Made by a program: the position numbers and the translations under genes | IMG/VR virus record: IMGVR_UViG_3300020048_000012 | From: a virus | Length of the DNA: 64,000 bases | Reading direction: 5' to 3' (one strand) | The notes under the pieces: generated by a model | Databases searched by the model: none | Seen by the model: only the letters and a program-made list of their open reading frames with translations | Told to the model about the DNA's origin: nothing | In this document: positions 8,013 to 16,685 of the stretch, in pieces | Layout: each line of letters starts with the position of its first letter | How positions within the stretch are numbered: the stretch's first letter is position 1

Positions 8013-9032
8013 TCAAACATCGATATGGTCCTTTAGTGTTATTTCTTCGCCGACTTTAATATGATAAGTTCTATTAGCAGAAATATCTTTTAGTTCGATT
8101 AATTGGTTTTGCAATGTCTGTAAGTGATCATTTTGCGTGTTAAGTGTGTCTATATCATCTTTCACTTTATTCATATTATTCGCAAATTGTTCTTGATTCG
8201 GATTAGTTATATTGCTTAATTCAACTAACTGATCTTTAAGTTCTTGCATGTTTTCTGCCATTGGAGGTGTAGTTGAACTCAAGTTAACAGATCTCATTAT
8301 TGATTGATTATACGCGATAAACATTAATACTGCAAGTGGGTCGAACGCAAAAACAATCATAAGAATGATTACACGGACGCTTTTTTCTAAGACATTTTGA
8401 TCTAAAGAATCACCGTATATTAATGCAGCAATGTATTTTATTGGACCGACTTCGGCTTCTATATTTCGAAGTCTTTTATCAGGTTCTGCTCTTGCTGCTG
8501 TGAGTTCGACAATTCGTTTTTGGCTAAGTAAAATCTCGCTCTTGATCTTCTCTCGCTCTTTATTTTGAGTTCTACGCACTGACACTGATCGCAGTGCTCC
8601 TGTTTCGGCGATAGATCTGGATAGCGTTTCATTAACTTGTGCATCAAGTTGCGCAAGTGTTTTACGATTTGCATCGATATTCTCCTTTTCGACCTGGATT
8701 TGATCGTTGAATACAGATACGGCCACGCTTGCATCGTTTACTACGAGTGATTGGTCGGCATGAGCCCGTGACAATAGGCCAAATATGCCCATACTCGTTA
8801 ACAACATTAGTGTTACTATAGCTGCAATGAAATACGTTCGAAGCATTATCGACGTATCTTTCCAATTTCGATATAACCATGACGCTACCACTAATTTGCT
8901 TACTTCTAGAACTGATCCCATAATCATAATGGGAATTGGCAATGCGCTGAATATGGCTATTAGACCTGCTATTGAGTAGTAGGCGGCCGTAGACGATAAA
9001 GCGATTGCACATAGGAGTAAAATTAAATTCAT
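8013..9032 (-). CDS. conserved phage membrane protein with coiled coil
   Basis: Three N-terminal hydrophobic helices, a long coiled coil, a further TM segment (IILMIVFAFDPLAVLM); layout common in T4-like phages. Confidence 0.75.
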   Translation of the reverse strand: MNLILLLCAIALSSTAAYYSIAGLIAIFSALPIPIMIMGSVLEVSKLVVASWLYRNWKDTSIMLRTYFIAAIVTLMLLTSMGIFGLLSRAHADQSLVVNDASVAVSVFNDQIQVEKENIDANRKTLAQLDAQVNETLSRSIAETGALRSVSVRRTQNKEREKIKSEILLSQKRIVELTAARAEPDKRLRNIEAEVGPIKYIAALIYGDSLDQNVLEKSVRVIILMIVFAFDPLAVLMFIAYNQSIMRSVNLSSTTPPMAENMQELKDQLVELSNITNPNQEQFANNMNKVKDDIDTLNTQNDHLQTLQNQLIELKDISANRTYHIKVGEEITLKDHIDV

Positions 9033-9038
9033 GTAAAC

Positions 9039-9467
9039 TTAGTCGTCTATTAGAGGTTCTGTTTTGTATTGAACAAACGTGATAGATTGTGTTGGAACTG
9101 TTAGCATAGAAATGTCTTCTTCTACGTTATTTTCACTTAGCGTAATATGAGGAATATATTCCGAATAATCATATGTTGCACCCATGTCCATCGTGTCTTT
9201 ATGTAATTCATGCAGTGCATCTGATTCTAATAGAAGAACTAAGCACTCACCGAAAATAGCGTATCCTTTTGCTTTTGCGGTAATAGGCAGGAAAGGCAAT
9301 AGCGTATACGCGTCTGGCACAGGTTTACGTGAATACATAATCGTGCAATGAAGCTTATCTTGTTCTACAGGATTTTGAACATTCAATGATGCAATCAGGT
9401 TCTTAGAATTCTGATCTAATAAAACTGAAGAATATGTACCTGATGAAAATTCGAGAAATGTTAGCAT
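9039..9467 (-). CDS. acb1: 2H phosphoesterase, T4 gp57B/Acb1 anti-CBASS nuclease homolog
   Basis: Two HxT motifs (KLHCTIMYS, YIPHITLS) and close resemblance to recalled T4 57B (NPV..K.H.TI.YSR, LVL.L.S, GAT.D...Y.PHITLS); start moved to MLTFLEF. Confidence 0.85.
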   Translation of the reverse strand: MLTFLEFSSGTYSSVLLDQNSKNLIASLNVQNPVEQDKLHCTIMYSRKPVPDAYTLLPFLPITAKAKGYAIFGECLVLLLESDALHELHKDTMDMGATYDYSEYIPHITLSENNVEEDISMLTVPTQSITFVQYKTEPLIDD

Positions 9468-9494
9468 GTGATGCGTATTAAGTGGTTGAGTTTG

Positions 9495-9502
9495 TATAAA
9501 TA
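9495..9502 (+). promoter_or_regulatory. T4-type late promoter
   Basis: TATAAATA upstream of the plus-strand HEG. Confidence 0.75.
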
Positions 9503-9505
9503 GTT

Positions 9506-9535
9506 GGTAGTCGCGATCCAGCAAGATCCACTACC
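9506..9535 (+). other. conserved homing-endonuclease leader hairpin, copy 1
   Basis: G-GTAGT-CGC-GATC-cagcaa-GATC-C-ACTAC-C; same fold at 12135 and 40497. Confidence 0.75.
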
Positions 9536-9567
9536 ACTAGACATTTCAACAATAATCGGAGACTATT

Positions 9568-10200
9568 ATGTCCAGCATTACTATTTATCCAATTAGATAT
9601 TACGTGTACGCCTATGTTAGAGAAGATGGCACACCATATTACATAGGTAAGGGAAAAGATCGTCGCGCATATCAATCTCATGCGCGAAAAGATAAAGTCC
9701 AAATTAAACCCCCGCCGCATCATAGAATTATAATCATAGAGCAAAATCTCACTGACGTTGGTGCCTGCGCGATAGAACGTCGTCTTATAAGATGGTACGG
9801 TAAGAAACACGATAACACTGGTATTCTAGTGAATATATTAGATGGAGGCAATGGCGGTGGCGTTAAAGGTTTAAAATTATCAGAAGAAACCAAAGAAAAA
9901 ATTCGACAAGCTAATCTAGGCAAAAAGCAATCACCGGAAACACTAGAAAAGAAAAGACTTAAGGCGCTAGGATCTAAGAGATCTAAAGAAGCACTGCAAA
10001 ATATGTCAAAGGCTCAATCTAATAGAATTGCGACTACAAAAGACGCTAAGCATAACATGTCTGAAGCAGCAAAAAATAGAACTAAACACGGCAATCAGGA
10101 TAAAAAGAATGCCATTGTTACATGCCCGCATTGCAATAAAAGCGGCGGAGCTGGAATAATGCAACGGTGGCATTTTCAAAAATGCAAATCTTTTAAGTGA
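9568..10200 (+). CDS. free-standing GIY-YIG homing endonuclease with NUMOD3-like repeats
   Basis: YYVYAY...PYYIGKGK..R; SEETKEKIRQANLGKKQSPET repeats; C-terminal CPHC; GGAGA RBS. Confidence 0.88.
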   Translation: MSSITIYPIRYYVYAYVREDGTPYYIGKGKDRRAYQSHARKDKVQIKPPPHHRIIIIEQNLTDVGACAIERRLIRWYGKKHDNTGILVNILDGGNGGGVKGLKLSEETKEKIRQANLGKKQSPETLEKKRLKALGSKRSKEALQNMSKAQSNRIATTKDAKHNMSEAAKNRTKHGNQDKKNAIVTCPHCNKSGGAGIMQRWHFQKCKSFK

Positions 10201-10613
10201 TTTCTGTGTATACGACCTCCTACATACGCGTTATAAAATTCAGATGGTTTAAGTAATACGTCGTATTGGCATTGTAGTTTCATTTCAATATATGAACATT
10301 CTGCTTTTGTTTTACAATAAGTAAGAATCTCTCGTCTAAAATTATCGGCGCCTAATGTTTCTACGTCTCGCTTTAATTCTTCAGATGAACCAAAGTATGT
10401 CAGCCAATCAGATTCGACTTGTGATTTTATCTTCTTTTTCTTTTTCACGCCAGATTTAAGCGTGATTGTTTTATACTTAGTTGAACTGAACGTAAGTAAT
10501 TTCTTCCCGATATATTTGCGACCATCCAAGAGATTGTGTATCATGTACACAAACCCGATAGCACCTTCAGGTGTTTCTTCTACAGTTTGTCCGTTATAAA
10601 GCCATTGTTGCAT
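10176..10613 (-). CDS. GIY-YIG family endonuclease (conserved T4-like type)
   Basis: GFVYMIHNLLDGRKYIGKK...ESDWLTYFGSS...FRREIL...E. Confidence 0.85.
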   Translation of the reverse strand: MQQWLYNGQTVEETPEGAIGFVYMIHNLLDGRKYIGKKLLTFSSTKYKTITLKSGVKKKKKIKSQVESDWLTYFGSSEELKRDVETLGADNFRREILTYCKTKAECSYIEMKLQCQYDVLLKPSEFYNAYVGGRIHRNHLKDLHF

Positions 10614-10617
10614 TAAG

Positions 10618-10625
10618 TATTTATA
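10618..10625 (-). promoter_or_regulatory. T4-type late promoter
   Basis: TATAAATA 4 nt upstream of the 10613 start. Confidence 0.65.
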
Positions 10626-10642
10626 TGCAACGTATGTATATA

Positions 10643-11080
10643 TTACGCTACAAGCTTGGTTGGATCATATTCGAATCCAACAACTTTCATCAACTTATTT
10701 TTAACGAATAAATTTGGTGATCGATATGAGTTTGTGTCATGAAACCCCATCATAACGCCAACTTCTGCGACTGCACCAGATCTATTGACACCGGCGAAAC
10801 AATGAGTTATTACGTTCATGTCTTTATTCATGGCCTTATCGAGAAGATCTATTATTTCTTTGGCTTGCTGATCGCTGATTCTGCATTCTTCGTCAAATAC
10901 TTTATCGCCTGCCTCAACATCAAGAAATTCGAATTTATGAACTTCTATGAATGCGTGCTTTGGCTCTGGAAACCAAGACCCTGGATCTGCGATCTGAATT
11001 AGCATCGAATTAGATCCAGGATCTTTGTAGAATGTGCCATTCGCGATATCTATTGCCGCACAGTTTTGGATGAATGGCAT
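10643..11080 (-). CDS. protein-tyrosine/dual-specificity phosphatase-like protein
   Basis: HCFAGVNRS = CX5R active-site loop. Confidence 0.8.
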   Translation of the reverse strand: MPFIQNCAAIDIANGTFYKDPGSNSMLIQIADPGSWFPEPKHAFIEVHKFEFLDVEAGDKVFDEECRISDQQAKEIIDLLDKAMNKDMNVITHCFAGVNRSGAVAEVGVMMGFHDTNSYRSPNLFVKNKLMKVVGFEYDPTKLVA

Positions 11081-11152
11081 TATTTTATTTGCTCGATCAT
11101 TGTTTTTAAATAACTAAATTGGTGAATCAATTGCTTTAGTCGAGTGACTCTA

Positions 11153-11305
11153 TCAATCTTCGTCTTCATACTCTTCTTCTTCGGAGATATCACCACCGCA
11201 CACAGGACAGCATTCAATCGATCCTTTTTCGGCATCGTCATTCTTTAGTGTAATTTTTCCAAATGCACCACAATGTGCACAGTCGAATAGTCTAGTTGCT
11301 GACAT
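11153..11305 (-). CDS. small zinc-ribbon protein (50 aa)
   Basis: Translated by hand: CAHCG...CPVCG plus an acidic tail; TAATG overlap with the upstream gene. Confidence 0.65.
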   Translation of the reverse strand: MSATRLFDCAHCGAFGKITLKNDDAEKGSIECCPVCGGDISEEEEYEDED

Positions 11306-11553
11306 TAATTTTCTTTCTGTAATAGACGTGCATTAAGAACCATGTTCTCGAGCACAAGTTTTGTTATAGTTGCGCACATAATCGCTTCAATCGTCTTCGA
11401 ATCTTCTAATTGAAGCGATTCATACATCTCTAAGATACTCATTGCGATCAAACGCGTTGTCGTATCTTCATCAATATTTAGGTACGCCCAATCGATCGGA
11501 TCTTCACGATCAACTTCATTCACTAATATTACTAACTCGTCAAGGTTCATCAT
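11305..11553 (-). CDS. conserved hypothetical phage protein
   Basis: 82-aa ORF, coupled to neighbours. Confidence 0.7.
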   Translation of the reverse strand: MMNLDELVILVNEVDREDPIDWAYLNIDEDTTTRLIAMSILEMYESLQLEDSKTIEAIMCATITKLVLENMVLNARLLQKEN

Positions 11554-11738
11554 GATAGTACTAACTGAATCTTTTTTAATTCAGAATTCCAAATTACGTC
11601 GATTACTCGCAAGTAACCATACTCAGTCATGACGATAGCATCAATTTGTTGAGTACGTTTATTGATACTACCGCTATTTTTATCTACATTAGCAGCCCAT
11701 AGAGCTTTCAACTTATCAGATATTTGATTAGCTTCCAT
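11550..11738 (-). CDS. hypothetical protein
   Basis: 62-aa ORF, coupled to neighbours. Confidence 0.6.
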   Translation of the reverse strand: MEANQISDKLKALWAANVDKNSGSINKRTQQIDAIVMTEYGYLRVIDVIWNSELKKIQLVLS

Positions 11739-12109
11739 TATATGGCCTTTATTAAATCATCGATCGTTGCGTTGGCGGGAATGATATTATTATATTGAAG
11801 GTGACTAATCTTCTTAATGGGGCGCACAATACGTTCAATCTTATCTATTGCACTATTGTATGTGCTCCAATTAATAGGAGTCGTCGTACCTTCATATACG
11901 CTTTCCGTTACTTCGTCGTCCCATTCGATATGAACGCTTTTTATAACCTCTTGCTTATAATAACTAGTACTCTCTGTATAACCAAGATACTTGGCTCGGC
12001 GAATGCCAGCAATGCCTTGATTATACGTAATTGCAATCACCTCATCGCCTGGATTAAACGTTGCACCATTTTTTGTGAATGGTGCAACGAGTCTTTTGCT
12101 CGTTGCCAT
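11738..12109 (-). CDS. hypothetical protein (paralog of 49863..50207)
   Basis: 123 aa; AAGGAG RBS; shares PF..G..N.GDEV, Y.GY.E, NW..YNS and LQ.N.I.P with 49863..50207. Confidence 0.75.
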   Translation of the reverse strand: MATSKRLVAPFTKNGATFNPGDEVIAITYNQGIAGIRRAKYLGYTESTSYYKQEVIKSVHIEWDDEVTESVYEGTTTPINWSTYNSAIDKIERIVRPIKKISHLQYNNIIPANATIDDLIKAI

Positions 12110-12123
12110 AATCTATTCTCCTT

Positions 12124-12131
12124 TATAAATA
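12124..12131 (+). promoter_or_regulatory. T4-type late promoter
   Basis: TATAAATA upstream of the plus-strand HEG; followed by GTTG as at 9495. Confidence 0.75.
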
Positions 12132-12134
12132 GTT

Positions 12135-12165
12135 GATAGCCGCGGAATTCCTAGTTCCCGCTATC
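12135..12165 (+). other. conserved homing-endonuclease leader hairpin, copy 2
   Basis: G-ATAGC-CGC-GGAA-ttcctag-TTCC-C-GCTAT-C. Confidence 0.75.
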
Positions 12166-12194
12166 TCTAGACTATCAACGATTAAGGAGATCAT

Positions 12195-13004
12195 ATGTCC
12201 AGCGATACCACCTATTGCACTTATCTTGTCACATATTCCGGTGACAAACTTCCCACATTTTATATTGGTTCAACCTCAACTAAAAATATTTATAATGGAT
12301 ATTTTGGATCTGTTAGCTCTAAGAAATGGAAACAAATCTATAGAGATGAACTTTTAAAATCTCCAGAAAAATTTAAAATAAAAATTTTAGAAACATTTGC
12401 ATCTAGAAAAGAGGCTTTAGAAGCAGAACTTAAACTACATATAGAAAATGATGTAGTAAAATCAAGTCAATTTATTAATGAAGCTTTAGCGACTATAAAT
12501 GGGTTCTTTGGAAGACCTATGAATGGCGAAAAAAATCCTATGCATGGAAAATCATTAAAAGACTTATTAAGTTTAGAACAAATTGAGCAATGGAAACAAA
12601 ATATTAGATCAAATTGGAAAAATGATCCAAAAATATGGATGCACAATTTTTTAAATGTAAATGCACGAATATCTACGAGTCAACTCGAAGAAGCTATAGC
12701 TCAAGGATATAGTAAAGGGTATGCTAAAGGAACTTCAAATCTTAATAGAAAAGGTATTAAACTTAAGCCACAGAAAGATAAGTTTAAATTTATAAACAAT
12801 GGTGTTATTAATAGAAAAATAAAGTTCAATGATCAATTGCCAGAAGGTTGGACTCTTGGTTGCATAAAAGGCTATAAGATGAAACCAAGAGTCGATAAAG
12901 AACCTACTATAGTTATAACAGACGAAACTTGCACTAAGAGAATTAAACTATCAGAACAAATTCCGTCTGGTTGGAAAAGAGGTAGACATTATTCTTTAAA
13001 ATAA
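12195..13004 (+). CDS. Seg-like GIY-YIG homing endonuclease
   Basis: YCTYLVTY...FYIGSTS...YFGS...F.IKILE...A.EAE...FIN; GEKNPMHGK; W..G repeats; AAGGAG RBS. Confidence 0.88.
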   Translation: MSSDTTYCTYLVTYSGDKLPTFYIGSTSTKNIYNGYFGSVSSKKWKQIYRDELLKSPEKFKIKILETFASRKEALEAELKLHIENDVVKSSQFINEALATINGFFGRPMNGEKNPMHGKSLKDLLSLEQIEQWKQNIRSNWKNDPKIWMHNFLNVNARISTSQLEEAIAQGYSKGYAKGTSNLNRKGIKLKPQKDKFKFINNGVINRKIKFNDQLPEGWTLGCIKGYKMKPRVDKEPTIVITDETCTKRIKLSEQIPSGWKRGRHYSLK

Positions 13005-13007
13005 TGT

Positions 13008-15239
13008 TCAAAAGATTACATCACAAACACCACCACCGCATGCCGCTCCAGCAAGACTATCAACATCGACATACTGTTGGGCTTGCAATTCCTCAGAGAA
13101 GTTAATATGCGTCATATTACGCTTGATATTACTCCACTTATGAAGATTGTAACAATCTTTTAGGCAAGCTGTCATCTTATCAATGTCATTACCAAAATAA
13201 TTAGATGCAAATTTAGTTGCTCGGCGAATCCAATCGCGCTTTAAAAGGTCTTCTGATTCTTCAGACAGTTTCAATCCACGGCCAATTAATGTATCACATG
13301 CAAGCCATAGATTTTCATTGTATGCTCGAAGGGCCTCGACAATAAGACCTGACGCAAACAAAGATCCTTCGCCATGAATTTTCACGATTTCATCAAACGT
13401 AAGAACTTCGGTGAACGGTGCTTGAGCATACGCTTTATCGCCTGATGCAGCAAGAAGAGATACACCAGCAAACCATTGCTTATTATCAAATAGATATTGC
13501 TCAACTTCATCCCAATCATCGACAGTGATTGTATTAGATACGTTATGGCGAAGCTCAGGGTGAACACACAATTCTACATTTGTTCCACTTTCAATCCAAT
13601 ACTGTTGAGCAAGCTTAACATAATCTAGTTGTTTAACACCTAACAATTCAGATTTATATTTAGAACCAGATTTAGTTTCAATTGGAAACGCAACAACAAT
13701 ATCAGTCCCATTAGAACTCCAAACAGATTTTTCGATCATCTTTGGATTAATCTTTTGAATGTGTTGAGCGACTTCATCATTAATATTCATTTGAACATGA
13801 CGGAAGTATTTTGGAGAATGTTCACCATGAATACCAGACGCAGTTCCAAGTAATACACTGGCGTTACCTGATGGTTTAGACACAGTGCAACGAGCAGCTT
13901 GGTTTACGCCTATCAATGCAGCAATTTCTTTGTTAACCTGCTTAATGATTGTCGCACCATCGATCATGTTTTGCTTATCGAATAAAACATCTGGGTTGTT
14001 CATCCAACCTGTGATAGAGCAACCGATGAGAGCTTCGCGATCAGTAATCTTCTTAGTCGCAGACGACAAATATTTGAAGTTCGTGTATCCCGCTTGAATC
14101 GTACCAAGAATAGCAGACGCTTTGCATGCTCTAAAGAAGATTTCTCGATCAACGCACTTGCCGCCATTAATCTCAGTGAGATTGCAAAATTGGAATCCAG
14201 ATTCGCCATCCTCGGTTTGAGGGCGCATACCAACTTCAACACAAGGATTGAAAAGGAATTCGTCAGATGCGGAGAAGATAAATCCTGGTTCGCCAAAGTC
14301 TTTTACAGACTTCATAATATCGGCCCATTCATCGCGTTTAAGTTCATCGCGTACAATTAATGCAGAATTATTAGAACGACCACGCTGAGGATTATCGATA
14401 AACCAATCGCCGGTTTTAGCAGTAAGCATATCTTTGTCGTCTTTATCGAAGATACAAATAGTTGCAGATCGACGAACACCACCACTAAGAACTGCATCAG
14501 ACATATGCATAACGAAGTCATATGCAGTAATTGAATTGATCTTATTAATTGGTTTGTCTGTCAACAAAGTTTCCAACAGATCTTCGCATTTAACTAATGC
14601 TTTGCGCAACCCGTCTGGACCTGGTGCTTTAAATCCACCAGAGATTTTTGCACCTGCGGGTCTAATCTTTGTAAAATCGAAGTGGACTTGACAGCCACGA
14701 TACTCAGGATGAATTGCATTTTCTGTAAAATACGAACTCAGTAGAACTGAGAAGGCGTCGGACCAACCTTCAATAGAATCGGGCACTTGAAAGATCTTAG
14801 CTTTCTTTTGAGAACGCCGTGCAATGGTTGGCAATTTGTCAATATATTTCTTACCAACAGAGAAACCGACGCCAACGCCACTTAGCATCAGATACATACA
14901 CTCGTTAAAAAATGCTGGACGATCGACATACGAAACAGAACAATTGTACATTCTTGATTCATGTTTAAAAATCTGATCTCCACCAAATTGCAATGCTCGT
15001 TGAGCTCCCAATACCAATTTATCAGTGTACGCAGCCTGAGCAAAATCGATCGCAGAACTTAACTCTGGAGTCATTTTATCTGCGTATTTCTGTCGATGCA
15101 TGTCCATGACTCGACTCACTGATTCGTCCCACGTTTCATATCTATCGTCTGCATCACTCCATCTAGAATATCCCATATAAAATTTTGATTCCGCTAGCAT
15201 CGCATTACCAGTCGCGCTATCTGCATTCAATTTCGTCAT
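13008..15239 (-). CDS. nrdJ: class II (adenosylcobalamin) ribonucleotide reductase, monomeric NrdJ type
   Basis: MYNC, SGGVRRSA, NPCVE, CNLTE, KPSG, C-terminal CGGGVC; no nrdB nearby. Confidence 0.9.
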   Translation of the reverse strand: MTKLNADSATGNAMLAESKFYMGYSRWSDADDRYETWDESVSRVMDMHRQKYADKMTPELSSAIDFAQAAYTDKLVLGAQRALQFGGDQIFKHESRMYNCSVSYVDRPAFFNECMYLMLSGVGVGFSVGKKYIDKLPTIARRSQKKAKIFQVPDSIEGWSDAFSVLLSSYFTENAIHPEYRGCQVHFDFTKIRPAGAKISGGFKAPGPDGLRKALVKCEDLLETLLTDKPINKINSITAYDFVMHMSDAVLSGGVRRSATICIFDKDDKDMLTAKTGDWFIDNPQRGRSNNSALIVRDELKRDEWADIMKSVKDFGEPGFIFSASDEFLFNPCVEVGMRPQTEDGESGFQFCNLTEINGGKCVDREIFFRACKASAILGTIQAGYTNFKYLSSATKKITDREALIGCSITGWMNNPDVLFDKQNMIDGATIIKQVNKEIAALIGVNQAARCTVSKPSGNASVLLGTASGIHGEHSPKYFRHVQMNINDEVAQHIQKINPKMIEKSVWSSNGTDIVVAFPIETKSGSKYKSELLGVKQLDYVKLAQQYWIESGTNVELCVHPELRHNVSNTITVDDWDEVEQYLFDNKQWFAGVSLLAASGDKAYAQAPFTEVLTFDEIVKIHGEGSLFASGLIVEALRAYNENLWLACDTLIGRGLKLSEESEDLLKRDWIRRATKFASNYFGNDIDKMTACLKDCYNLHKWSNIKRNMTHINFSEELQAQQYVDVDSLAGAACGGGVCDVIF

Positions 15240-15294
15240 TTATTTTCTTTCTTTATGTGTTGAGGGTTTATTTAGGCGTAGAAGTCGATGAAAA

Positions 15295-16155
15295 TCACTT
15301 ATAAAATGATTCTTCCCAAATTTTTCTATATTGAATCCAGCCTTTAAAATTTCCATGCATACTGGGTGATCGAGCTGGAGCATAATCATCAGGGGTTGCT
15401 TGGTGTTCAAGTGGCGATGCATGTAATGGTACGGCGCCAGCGAGTCGCATGAATAATTCTAAATCTTCATCACGTCCCGGCGATGTGCCATCCATTTTCA
15501 AGTAACTTACGCGGCAGCATCGAGCAGCAGAGATCTTTTGAAGCATATTGCGATTTGCTTCAATTTCTGTAAAGAATGGATCATTGCGCTCTTCTTCTGT
15601 GATATAAGGAAGATGCCATTCGCCTGGCGCTAGAAGCTTTGGAGTCGAATTAGCTCGTGCAACTTTCATCGTATGCGCCAATAGATGAATCTCGGGTTGT
15701 GCGTCATCATGATCACGAAGTTCATCCCAATTGTCCCATTCGGTCGAAGTGACAACGCCTTCGACATACAAATATGGTTCGATAGCACGATTGACAATCT
15801 GTTTATGAACTCCAATGTTAGCCATATACTCAGCTATATTTGCTGCAGCGTTGGCTGCGTCCATCCAAGCGGACTTAGCTTCGTCAAGATCAATCCCCAT
15901 CAACTCTTCATTGGCTTGCATGCCAGGTTGATTCTTGCCCCAATGAACAGGCATAGCAGGATCAGTGCGAACCTGCTCTAGAAGTTTTTTTGTGGGGATT
16001 GCTCGGCTTGAGCTGAAATTTCGAGAAAATACTCGATGAGTGTTAAATTCGCTCAATACAAACCTATGAAATTTAATTTGCATCGTGGTGATGCGCTTAC
16101 CTGCCTCGCTAATGCTGTCTTCGATAACTCTTGCTTTGATCATAATCACTTTCAT
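15295..16155 (-). CDS. thyX: flavin-dependent thymidylate synthase ThyX (phage type)
   Basis: EFNTHRVFSRNFSSSRAIP motif; SAARCCRVSY; HASPLEHQA. Confidence 0.85.
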   Translation of the reverse strand: MKVIMIKARVIEDSISEAGKRITTMQIKFHRFVLSEFNTHRVFSRNFSSSRAIPTKKLLEQVRTDPAMPVHWGKNQPGMQANEELMGIDLDEAKSAWMDAANAAANIAEYMANIGVHKQIVNRAIEPYLYVEGVVTSTEWDNWDELRDHDDAQPEIHLLAHTMKVARANSTPKLLAPGEWHLPYITEEERNDPFFTEIEANRNMLQKISAARCCRVSYLKMDGTSPGRDEDLELFMRLAGAVPLHASPLEHQATPDDYAPARSPSMHGNFKGWIQYRKIWEESFYK

Positions 16156-16171
16156 TATTTAATATAGTATG

Positions 16172-16200
16172 ATTATATATCACTTTCATAATCAAGTACA
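16172..16200 (-). promoter_or_regulatory. early/middle promoter
   Basis: TGTACT-17-TATAAT upstream of thyX. Confidence 0.75.
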
Positions 16201-16217
16201 CCACGAATGCAATCTAA

Positions 16218-16685
16218 TTACGAATTCATAAAGTCTTTTATATTTGATATGATAAATGCTATCACTGCGACAACACCCATAATGTACCATTTCCATCTAT
16301 CTAATATATCCAATCTTTCGTCTAAACTGGATATTTCTAATTTGATTTCATTTTTAACTGCATCATGCTGAAGTTGAGTCAATGCTGCATGCTCACGAAT
16401 ATTGGCGAATGCAATGTCTGCATTTTCGCGCATTTTATTCTCAATAGTTCTTTCTAATTGACTAATTTTATCTACGATTTCTTTTGTTTGCACTGTTATA
16501 CGAGAATGTAATTCTTTTACATCATCGCTACGAGCATCAGCGTCTTTTTCCAAGTTAATTATCCTTTGATCGTGTACAGCCAATAATTTGCCAATGCTAT
16601 TGCTTACTTCAGATATTTTCTCTAAAGATGTATCTAATTTATTAACAACGCTTTTTAGTACTTCAATTTCTGATTCAACTGCCAT
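16218..16685 (-). CDS. coiled-coil protein with C-terminal TM (lysis-block associated)
   Basis: Long heptad coiled coil ending in WKWYIMGVVAVIAFII. Confidence 0.7.
   Translation of the reverse strand: MAVESEIEVLKSVVNKLDTSLEKISEVSNSIGKLLAVHDQRIINLEKDADARSDDVKELHSRITVQTKEIVDKISQLERTIENKMRENADIAFANIREHAALTQLQHDAVKNEIKLEISSLDERLDILDRWKWYIMGVVAVIAFIISNIKDFMNS

Noticed and set aside
15240-15422. 60-aa ORF between thyX and nrdJ
   Set aside because: Mostly overlaps thyX in another frame, with no RBS or motif; likely spurious.
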